Below are positions 51,379 to 60,200 of a DNA stretch of 64,000 nucleotides, in pieces (the stretch's first letter is position 1; each line of letters begins with the position of its first letter). The notes beneath the pieces were generated by a model that saw nothing but the letters and a program-made list of their open reading frames with translations, was not told where the DNA came from and ran no database searches. Made by a program: the position numbers and the translations under genes. The DNA is taken from the IMG/VR virus record IMGVR_UViG_3300047321_000238, positions 1 to 64,000 of that record. One strand, 5' to 3'.

Positions 51379-51723
51379 TTATACAAATGGAACTCCTACT
51401 AAATTAGTACTACCGTTACCATCTTTATATATTCCACCACCAGTTAATACTCGTCCTGCGGCAGCTGCTCCTAAATAAGATCCAGCTATTTTACCAGCAT
51501 CCCACTTAGTAACTTTACCTTCTGTATCGAAATTTTTACCGAAGGTCTTTGTTAATGATTCCATTCCTTCTCCTCGTAAGGCTCTGCCTGCAGCTTCTAA
51601 TCCACCAAAGCCATTGTTAGCTATAGCATTAATAGCTTTATTAGATCCATTTCTTTTTGTACCATTATATGCTGCTTTAACTAGTGCGGCAGCTTCTTTA
51701 GCAGCATCATCGTATAAACCCAT
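51379..51723 (-). CDS. Gly/Ala-rich small protein
   Basis: ORF with AAGGAG RBS. Confidence 0.6.
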   Translation of the reverse strand: MGLYDDAAKEAAALVKAAYNGTKRNGSNKAINAIANNGFGGLEAAGRALRGEGMESLTKTFGKNFDTEGKVTKWDAGKIAGSYLGAAAAGRVLTGGGIYKDGNGSTNLVGVPFV

Positions 51724-51743
51724 ATTAATTCACTCCTTCTTTA

Positions 51744-52445
51744 TTAATTTTGTTCTTTGACATCTACAAACTCTGCAGGAGCTTCATCGATTATGAATTC
51801 TGCATTACCTGACATAACTGTATTAATCATATCAGTTAACGAATCCTTATCACTAATCTCACCTTTCTTATTCTTTCTAGTAGCAAGCATTAAATCATAT
51901 ATCTCATTTCTTTTTCTTTCTGTTCTTTCTAATGCTTCCCAATGTTTTGATATCTCAGGTTTGAAATAAACCTCACCTTGTTCACTAACACCAGCAAATA
52001 CATCTTCTACTAGAACGCCTGCTTTATTAAGTAAGGCTTTGCATCTCTCAATCATAATGTCGTGATTAATTAATGATATAACTAAATTCTTATCAGTGAA
52101 ACTTGCATCTTCTAGATCAAAGTCATTTTCATATCCAGCATATCGTAACTCAATTTGGGCCGTCTCTACTGGACACGGTTCACCAAGTGGTGCCAAATTA
52201 TATGGAAGCAAACTACAAGTTTCTGCATACGGACATCCGTCAGCTTTACAACTAAGCGGTATTCTAGCATACATTCCCGTTTTTGTAGATAACATACTCA
52301 TAGCAGCTCTTTTAGCTTCAACTCCTACAGCAGAGTAACCCCACATATTTTCTAAGTTCTTTTCAAAGTTTTCTCTATTTATCATAGCCTCACACTGAGT
52401 ATCATCTACAGCTAAATCAGATTGTAATACTTCTTCTTCATCCAT
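51744..52445 (-). CDS. Cys-cluster protein, possible terminase small subunit
   Basis: CKADGCPYAETC..PCPVE, then helical segment ending LATRKNK; near the start of the late module; function inferred from position only. Confidence 0.35.
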   Translation of the reverse strand: MDEEEVLQSDLAVDDTQCEAMINRENFEKNLENMWGYSAVGVEAKRAAMSMLSTKTGMYARIPLSCKADGCPYAETCSLLPYNLAPLGEPCPVETAQIELRYAGYENDFDLEDASFTDKNLVISLINHDIMIERCKALLNKAGVLVEDVFAGVSEQGEVYFKPEISKHWEALERTERKRNEIYDLMLATRKNKKGEISDKDSLTDMINTVMSGNAEFIIDEAPAEFVDVKEQN

Positions 52446-52861
52446 TATTTATCACCACCAGTCTCTTCTTCTATTTCCTCTACCTTGACCATACCCTTAT
52501 ACTGTGGTCCGATATCTCCCATAATAGGATGTTCATCTTTATACATTTCATCTTCGATCATTTTCATCTCAGAAGGATATAGTATAAATTTAGCACCATC
52601 TTCTTCAATTCCTAAGATTTCTAATTTAGTACAAGTGAAATAATATCCTATATTATAATCATCACTTCCGAAACTTTCTTGATATACTTCTACTCCAGTC
52701 AATTTAAATCTCTTTGTTTGTATTGAAGTAATGTCATCAAAGTACAGATGTGTCAAAATAATACCTTGAATCTTAAATCCTGATCTATCCTCATTAGGTA
52801 CTCTATCAAATGTCACTTTTCCATTTACAGAAAGATCATTGTTTATTATTATGTTTGCCAT
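52445..52861 (-). CDS. Hypothetical protein, first gene of late module
   Basis: ORF with AAGGGGG RBS. Confidence 0.65.
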   Translation of the reverse strand: MANIIINNDLSVNGKVTFDRVPNEDRSGFKIQGIILTHLYFDDITSIQTKRFKLTGVEVYQESFGSDDYNIGYYFTCTKLEILGIEEDGAKFILYPSEMKMIEDEMYKDEHPIMGDIGPQYKGMVKVEEIEEETGGDK

Positions 52862-53140
52862 GTTAAATTCCCCCTTGTTCTTTTCTTTTCTCTATATATT
52901 ACTATCTATATCTCATATATTAATAACGTCTTGCCATATATTACTTATTCTAAATATTCTATTTAATTTCCAAATATTACCTTATATAGAGATGAAAAAT
53001 TTATAAAAAATAATTTTAAAAAATAGAAAAGTTGAACTTTTAAAAAAAGCCTATAGGGAAAAACGAAAAATATAAAAAATTTCTAGGGGAAGTAGGTATA
53101 TATATATATGTATATATGTTGAAAATGTAGCCCCATGGGT
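52862..53140. promoter_or_regulatory. Divergent late/early control region with three TATTAC(T/C) copies, A-tracts and a TA run
   Basis: Strand switch; TATTACT at 52897 and 52939, TATTACC at 52975; A5-A7 tracts 52995-53080; (TA)n 53097-53117. Confidence 0.5.
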
Positions 53141-53394
53141 ATCATTATCATTATCAAGTTGAACTGTTTCAGTAACCGAGTTGAATGGAATAACATGCAA
53201 CGTCATGCCACAACTCATGGAGGATCATGAAAAACTTATCTCTATCTGTCAAGATAACCTTAACTTTAAAAGACTTATTAATAACTAGTACAGTAAAGGC
53301 TTATATATGTGCATACATATATAGGTCTTATAGTGTACTAGATACACAAGCAATAGACTACATATAGTAGGTGAGCATAAGGAGGACAACTAGT

Positions 53395-53850
53395 ATGACA
53401 ACTTTATCAATGGAGGCTTTAATGAGCTTAAGCAAAGAAGAATTAGCAAGAATGGTTATGGACTTACACAAAGACACATTAACAGGATGTTATAAAAGAG
53501 AAGTATTAGATACAGTGAAACAAGACTTATACACTGTAGCGTTTGTTGATGTTAATGGATTAAAGGCTATTAATGATACACAAGGTCATGAGTATGGAGA
53601 TAAGCACATACTAAGTGTAGTAGATAGTATCAATGCTAATGTAAGGAAACAAGATACTGTAGTTAGGTATGGTGGAGATGAATTCATAATCATATTCAAT
53701 GACTGTAGTATAGACAATGCTAAAGGTGCTATATCTAGGATAACATCTGCATCAGTGGGTATAGCACAACATACAGACTTAGATATGGCAATTAAACTAG
53801 CTGATATGGACATGTATAAGAACAAAAGAAACTACTATGATGTAGTATAG
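53395..53850 (+). CDS. Minimal GGDEF diguanylate cyclase
   Basis: DTLTG, FVDVNGLKAINDTQGHEYGD, RKQD I-site, RYGGDEF, SVGIA and ADMDMYKNK; ATG 53395 behind AAGGAGG. Confidence 0.9.
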   Translation: MTTLSMEALMSLSKEELARMVMDLHKDTLTGCYKREVLDTVKQDLYTVAFVDVNGLKAINDTQGHEYGDKHILSVVDSINANVRKQDTVVRYGGDEFIIIFNDCSIDNAKGAISRITSASVGIAQHTDLDMAIKLADMDMYKNKRNYYDVV

Positions 53851-53878
53851 ATACTCATATACGAAAGGATGAATAAAC

Positions 53879-54136
53879 ATGAAAACAACAAAGAATGAAG
53901 CATTACTTATACTAGCACAAAGGATAATGGATCAACGTATTAAGCCTATGATAGATAAGGCTATTAGTATGGACCATGATAGTAAGCCTATAGCATATAG
54001 ACCTGAATTAGACAATAACGATTATGCTGAATACATAGCATCTAAGGACAAGACATTAGTACACATAAATAAACACACACGAAAGGATGATGAAACATGC
54101 ATTACTACGAATACAACGATACAGAGGACAAGATAA
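53879..54136 (+). CDS. Hypothetical early protein
   Basis: GAAAGGA RBS plus ATG. Confidence 0.6.
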   Translation: MKTTKNEALLILAQRIMDQRIKPMIDKAISMDHDSKPIAYRPELDNNDYAEYIASKDKTLVHINKHTRKDDETCITTNTTIQRTR

Positions 54137-54288
54137 TCCACTTACTAGTAGCAGCAATAGGAGAAGGCTTATATAAACAAGCTATATCAGAATGTGCTAT
54201 AGAGTATGGACAAGCAACAACAGATAAAGCAGTAACAGTATTTAATGAACAATACGCTAACTTAATCAGATTAATAGGAGGAAGATAA
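54097..54288 (+). CDS. Hypothetical early protein
   Basis: GAAAGGA RBS plus ATG. Confidence 0.65.
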   Translation: MHYYEYNDTEDKIIHLLVAAIGEGLYKQAISECAIEYGQATTDKAVTVFNEQYANLIRLIGGR

Positions 54289-54289
54289 C

Positions 54290-54559
54290 ATGGAAAACAG
54301 AAGAATAGAGGCAATCATGTATATGAAATTCAACAATAACGATAAAAGAGGTGCTTTATTACAAGCTAATAAGAAAGGGGTAGTAGTAGTGGACAAGCCA
54401 TTTAAAGAAGTACTAAAACAAGTAGTTATAGAAAGTGCCCATATAGTAGAGGTAGCACCTATAGTAACTCATACAGAAGAAGTAGAAATAACGTTATTAT
54501 GGCAATCTCAAATACATGCTAATTACCTAAAACAAAGAGGAGGAAAACAAAATGATTAG
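54290..54559 (+). CDS. Hypothetical early protein
   Basis: AGGAGG RBS; coupled to neighbours. Confidence 0.6.
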   Translation: MENRRIEAIMYMKFNNNDKRGALLQANKKGVVVVDKPFKEVLKQVVIESAHIVEVAPIVTHTEEVEITLLWQSQIHANYLKQRGGKQND

Positions 54560-54872
54560 GAAGAGCAAAACAATATTCAAATTCTTTATGAACAAGTACA
54601 ATTTAGACTTATCAACTACAAAAATCTATATAATTGATCTTGTAGGAAAGAATGGTGCTTATGATTATATAGAAGATGAAGTCTATATAGATCATACTTT
54701 AAATGCAATAACTAGAGAACTAACATTAGTACATGAACTTACTCATAAGATTGTTTATGTACTAGAGTTAGATGTTATAGATGAAGAAGCATATTGTAAA
54801 GAAGTTACATTAGAATACGTCAAACAAGAATTTAATGAAGTAGCTGTAACTTTAGTAAAAAATGAAATATAG
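54552..54872 (+). CDS. Small HExxH metallopeptidase-like protein (ImmA/IrrE-like)
   Basis: G-x-Y...VYID...RELTLVHELTH...EEAYC. Confidence 0.6.
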   Translation: MIRKSKTIFKFFMNKYNLDLSTTKIYIIDLVGKNGAYDYIEDEVYIDHTLNAITRELTLVHELTHKIVYVLELDVIDEEAYCKEVTLEYVKQEFNEVAVTLVKNEI

Positions 54873-54884
54873 GAGGAATTAATA

Positions 54885-55085
54885 ATGATGAAAGTAAAAG
54901 AAATAAAAACAGAACGCGTATCAAGAGAATATGTAGTTGAACAATTTGGTGAAGAAGAAGTAGCCAGAATGGAAAGAGATTGGATGTTAGGTGTCAAAAG
55001 AAAATTAGTTAAACATTCTCTTAGCACAAGAATAAAAAGAAAAGTAGTTGATTTAATTAATAGCTTATTAAACAAATTAATTTAA
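54885..55085 (+). CDS. Hypothetical early protein
   Basis: AGGAGG RBS. Confidence 0.6.
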   Translation: MMKVKEIKTERVSREYVVEQFGEEEVARMERDWMLGVKRKLVKHSLSTRIKRKVVDLINSLLNKLI

Positions 55086-55095
55086 TGTAGGGAAT

Positions 55096-55125
55096 AAGGA
55101 ATATGGAGAGATCTGTATTCCTTTT
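55096..55125 (+). terminator. Intrinsic terminator
   Basis: aaggaatatgga-gaga-tctgtattcctt followed by T-run. Confidence 0.65.
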
Positions 55126-55188
55126 ATCGTGCATTAAAGCACATTGGTTAGCTGTAATCCTTAATATAGCAAGAAAAGGAGAACAATT

Positions 55189-55479
55189 ATGATAAAGTAC
55201 AAGGACCTAGATTCATTGGAAGGAGTTGAACTTGAGAAGGCTATTTTTGAAGTAAATCTAAATAGCATTAATGAGTTAACTCAAGAACAAAAAGCAATCT
55301 TGTGTAAAATCAATTACAAGAAAGCAGAAGCTCAAGAACCAGAATCAGAAGTAATGTCATTGGTTGATCTAATCAGCAGTAAGTTATTCAAAAAGAAAAA
55401 GTTCAATCAAAAGAAAACAGACCTTAAAGACAGGTTACAAGGTTGTATTAAACCAATAAAAAAAGAAGGAGAGATGTAA
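55189..55479 (+). CDS. Hypothetical early protein
   Basis: AAGGAG RBS. Confidence 0.6.
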   Translation: MIKYKDLDSLEGVELEKAIFEVNLNSINELTQEQKAILCKINYKKAEAQEPESEVMSLVDLISSKLFKKKKFNQKKTDLKDRLQGCIKPIKKEGEM

Positions 55480-55480
55480 T

Positions 55481-56017
55481 ATGTCAATATTAATCGTGCT
55501 AGCTATGATATGCATTATTATGGCTACAAAAGAAATCAGGAAAGAAAAAGCTCATAATAAAAAAAGAAAGGAAATCAGAAGTAAAAAACAATTAACTTCA
55601 GTTCCAGTAGATGCTGTAGATAAGTTAAATGCATTCTTAGAAGTAGATAAGTCTAAGGATAAAGAATTTAAATTAGCTGCACTGTTTATAGAAGACGAAT
55701 CAGGACACATATCTATTGAAGATGTAGATCTTAGAGGAGATTCAGCTGAAAACATTAAGTTATCAGATTATGCTATTAATAAAAAGAAATATATAGCTGA
55801 TCAAATACTATTTAATAGTAATGCTGTTAAGTTAATAGCTAATAAAGTTAATAGTATGGTAGCTGACACTGAAAGATACTATGCATTCGAAATAACTAAA
55901 GAGAATGTGGAAGCAGGAAGACATGGAAAAACAAAGAAGAAGATAGTAAATGATTTTGTTATGTTATTAGATTTAAATGAAAAGGAACTTAAGAGAATTG
56001 CTAATCTAAGTTTCTAA
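55481..56017 (+). CDS. Hypothetical protein with N-terminal membrane anchor
   Basis: MSILIVLAMICIIMA followed by a basic stretch. Confidence 0.6.
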   Translation: MSILIVLAMICIIMATKEIRKEKAHNKKRKEIRSKKQLTSVPVDAVDKLNAFLEVDKSKDKEFKLAALFIEDESGHISIEDVDLRGDSAENIKLSDYAINKKKYIADQILFNSNAVKLIANKVNSMVADTERYYAFEITKENVEAGRHGKTKKKIVNDFVMLLDLNEKELKRIANLSF

Positions 56018-56045
56018 TGTAAAAGGTGAAAGGTGGATAAACAAA

Positions 56046-56663
56046 ATGGAAAACATCAATAAGAATTTAGACTTCATGGACTTAACAGGAAACGTAAAGG
56101 ATATGAGAATTATCAATAATACACAAGTTGGTATATTCTCTGTTGTGCAAAAGCATTTAACAGAATCATATTTTCACACATCAAGAGGATATATCAAAGT
56201 TGATCCTGTTGTATCTATAATATGTGTTGAACATGCTAAAGGTAAAATGGAACTATTAGCTGGAATCAAGATGTTAGAAACAGTCCAAATGATTAACTAT
56301 TTGATTGAAAAGAATTTCACAATTGCTGAACTTCCTACAGAAGTTGCAAAGATCAGAAACTACAGAGCTATTATAAGAACTGTAGAAAATAAGTTGAAGT
56401 TCGAAGCTAAACAATTATTAGTAGCTAAAGAAGCAGAGAATAAAGAAATAGAGAATAAAGAAATAGAAACTACTGTAGTTGTTGAACCAATCAAAAAACA
56501 ACTTCCTAAGATGAAGACTCTTTCTGATATACCTTCATATAGAGAAGTTGCTTTAACAGTTGAAGAAAAGAAGATAATGCAAAGCATTGTTCACACTAAA
56601 GATATAGCATCATCTTTCTTCAACAAAAGTAAAATAATCAATATCTTTAGCAAAACTAAATGA
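56046..56663 (+). CDS. Hypothetical early protein
   Basis: GAAAGGTGG RBS; 205-aa ORF. Confidence 0.65.
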   Translation: MENINKNLDFMDLTGNVKDMRIINNTQVGIFSVVQKHLTESYFHTSRGYIKVDPVVSIICVEHAKGKMELLAGIKMLETVQMINYLIEKNFTIAELPTEVAKIRNYRAIIRTVENKLKFEAKQLLVAKEAENKEIENKEIETTVVVEPIKKQLPKMKTLSDIPSYREVALTVEEKKIMQSIVHTKDIASSFFNKSKIINIFSKTK

Positions 56664-56724
56664 TAGATTATATACGTACTAAAGACAAATAAACTCCACC
56701 AGACCTTAGCAAGCAAATTCGCTT

Positions 56725-57156
56725 GAAAGGAGGTGATGCCTGGCAAGATATACGAACTTGGGTAGGCTGCTTGAACATGTTGTGCTTTTGATGCAGCAAC
56801 AGTTGGTTGGGTGGGACAGAAACACAACAATGGGGGATGAAATAAACAGATTTCACTAACGAAAGGAAGAAACAAACAGAATGATATTTTCAAAACTAAA
56901 GACGCTAAAGGAAGACTCGGCAAATTACCAACAACTATTCAGCCTGGAGGTTGATGAATTAAATTTTCTTCAATCTCTAGAAAGGAGGTTGATAATCTAA
57001 ATTTTTATCAGCCACCGAAAAGGAGGTTGGTAAGGATTATGACGTAACTTTACACATATCATTTAAGGAGGTTGATACTCACACATGGACTAATATTAAA
57101 GGAGATGATGCTTGGCAAGAAATAGAAATGACTATAAATATGAAAGGAGGTGATGC
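56725..57156 (+). repeat. Array of 7 (A)AAGGAGGT(T)GAT motifs; candidate ncRNA or leader
   Basis: GGAG(G/A) cores at 56729, 56946, 56984, 57022, 57067, 57101 and 57146 with no long ORF. Confidence 0.75.
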
Positions 57157-57298
57157 TAAATCTAAGACTAATAAGACTACTGAAGGATTGTTCGTAATCT
57201 TTCAATGCATGGGCCTATAGTATTTGAACTTAGGCACTATGAGTGACAGGGATAATGGGGTACAAATAAAAATATATGATGAAAAGGATGGATACAAA

Positions 57299-60200
57299 AT
57301 GATAAACACAAACACATTAACTAATGGAACTACTACAACAAACACAAATGAAGGGATGGATGTACAAATGGTAAATATCAATGTAACAAACGTAGCTAAA
57401 ATAGTAGGGGTATCAAATGAAGAAGTTGTAGCATTAGCTATAAGATTAGGTTTAGAAGTTTCAACATCAGGTAAGAAAATAAACAATGTTATTTCTACTG
57501 CAATTGTAGTTGAAGCTGTTAATGATTTAATAGCTAAAGATGAAGTTGCAGTTACAAATATAGTAAACAATAATGAAGGGATGGATGTAAAAATGGTTAA
57601 CAAGATTAAAGAGGAAATAATGGAAATGGTTTATTCTGAAATGAACAAGGAAATAGCTAAACAAGAAATTAGAGACGAATACTTAAACAGAGTTGCAACT
57701 GTTGCAGCTATAGTTGATGAATCTAATAAAAAGTACAAAAGAAATACTTTAAGCAAAGTAGAATTAGTTGATTATGTAGTAGCTAACAATATCGAAGTTA
57801 ATGACAAAGAATTAAGAGCACTATATTCTCAATTAAATGCTGCAAGAGATAAAGAAGCTAAATCAGAATTAGTTCACAAGATCATAGATCAAATGAATGA
57901 AGGTAAATTCACTTATAAAATGTATGCAACTGCTAATAAGTACAAGCACCTTTTATCTGAAGATGATACAATTACTTTTGAATTAGCATTAGATGTAGCT
58001 CTTAATAAGGCTTCTATGAAGAACTACAAGAACCTATTAGCTGTTAAAAGATGGACTAAAGATATCACTGTTGCATTATTAAGAAGAGTTGTTTGCTATA
58101 CTGGTAATCAATATGAAACAGAAGTAGCTCCTCAAATGTTCAGTTCTCTAATCAGAGCTTGTGATGTTACAGTTAAAGATGTTGCAGATTCTAAGATGAC
58201 TTTAAATGGATACACTACTGATGAGTTACTATTATTCTCATTCGATAAAGATGTATTAAAATTAACTGGAAATAATGACAGAGAAGTATTAGCTAAAAAA
58301 GATTACCTAGCTAAAGTATTCTATATCATTGCTGGATTATCTGAACAAAAGGTTTATATAGTTGAAAGAAAATCAGGTATTGCAGATGTTTATACTAATA
58401 TCAACAAGATCAAATTAAATGAAGGTGAAGTTATAAAACAATATGAATTCTTAGGAATAACTCCATCTGGTTTAAGATCTGGAACTATGACATTAGCTAT
58501 CACTAAAGAAATTCACGCTGATGGAACTGTTGTTGAAAGAGATAGAAGAGTTGAAATCATGGACAAAGCTTCTGATAATTCATTCAGCATTAACTTTATC
58601 GTAGGTGCGAATGAAAATGGACAAGCTATATTCAAAGATTGCGAATCAGTACTTGATGCATTTAAAGAAATGTCTAGAATGATGTTATGTGCTACATCTT
58701 CAAAAGTGCTTGGTAAATTAGACTCTTATGTTGTATTAGATAATTTATCTTTTGGTGCAGGATATAATGCTAAAGATACTAACTCTCCTGCTAAAATGGG
58801 TGAAGAAAATTTCGTAGATTGTCAAGATACTACTGATGGTTTAGGATTAATATCTAATGATATGTTAAAAGAAAATCTTCAAGCTATGAACATTCCATGC
58901 TCAATTAAAGACTTATTAGGAATGACATTCCAAGCTAGAGGTGGCGGATTAAAGATTGCTGCAATGTCAAGATCTAAAGAAGCTATTAGACTAGAAGCAA
59001 AAGCATCATTAAGCAGAGGAGCATCTGTATTAAGAGCTGTATTCAAAGGACAAGAAGTTAAAGCTAAAGATCTAACTGATGAAATGTTAGATAACATGCA
59101 AGGATTGTTTGATGGTAATGGTATGAAGTTAATCGATCACAATGCTGAAATCGAATTAGTAATGCTTAAGAAAGCTTATTCATCTGACTCTAAATTATCT
59201 GATGTTGTTAATATTATAATGATGGTTAATGATGAACAAGCTACTACAGCATTATTATCTTCTAAAATAAAAAGTCAAATCTTAGACAAATTAAAAGACA
59301 TTGGTATAAACGTAGATTACAATGCAGAAACTGATGAAGTTATCAGCGTAAAATGTGATCTTAAGAACTTAAAAAGAATCAACAATGACAGTCAAACAGT
59401 TGAATGGATGTTTAGATCTCTTCCTGAAACTATGATTGCATTAGCTCCTGGTGTTCAAAAGACAAACTTTAATAGCTTATTGAAAGGTTTAGCTAACCTA
59501 ATCAACGAGCTTAATGTTGAAGTTAATTGTGAATATACTGTTGTTCAATCAGATCCAGCAGTTAGATTTGGTGTAAGAATAATAAAAGAAGATGAAGTAT
59601 TCTGCCCAAGCTTAATAGAAGTAAATAAAGTATCAGGTGTTAGACATCCAGTATCAAACTTATTTGCTGTTTCTACATTCAAGACACTTACTCTAAAAAC
59701 TATCTTAAAGAGAATTGATAAATTGAATGTATCTCTTGAAGTTAAAAACATGTTATTTGAATTCTACAAAGGAGTAGAAGGTTATGCTATAATACCAGCA
59801 TCTCACTACTACATGGAAAAACATGATGGAATGGATTTCGATATCGATGCTATGCAATTTTTCTTAGATCAAGAAGTAGTAGCAATACTTGAAAAGACTT
59901 CTGATATAGGAACAATAATTGATAGATCTATTGATGAAGAAATGGATTGTTCTATTAAGGAATCTAATGATGACCATGCTATCAAAGCTTTCTACAAAGA
60001 TATTAACAAGAAAGATTTCCACCCTATAGCTTATGATGTAAAAGTATCTGAAGAAAAGATAGCACCAGTTAAAGCATTAAAAGGAATGGTTATGCCTAAG
60101 AAGATTAATGTTGCTTCTACTGAAGATAATCATTACAAGAAAAATGCAAATGGAAGATACTCATTAGACTTCTCTTCAGTTGCTATGATGGTATTAGATT

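Noticed and set aside
505-52338. Many short plus-strand ORFs in the late module (e.g. 38758-39474, 41170-41685, 48408-48827)
   Set aside because: They lie antisense to long, RBS-supported genes and have Ser/Ile/Leu-rich shadow composition with no RBS.
53119-53151. sigmaA promoter TTGAAA...TATCAT
   Set aside because: Spacer is 15 or 21 nt rather than 16-18, so it is not supportable.
56434-56468. 15-bp tandem duplication encoding ENKEI twice
   Set aside because: Ordinary slippage in a low-complexity linker.
56725-57156. CRISPR array interpretation of the SD-like repeats
   Set aside because: Conserved core is only 10-15 nt, degenerate and irregularly spaced; no cas genes in the window.
57224-57298. 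ORF-track N-terminal extensions (also 53371, 45921, 49414, 25050, 62298)
   Set aside because: Downstream starts have well-spaced RBSs; the extensions overlap the RBS or a terminator.
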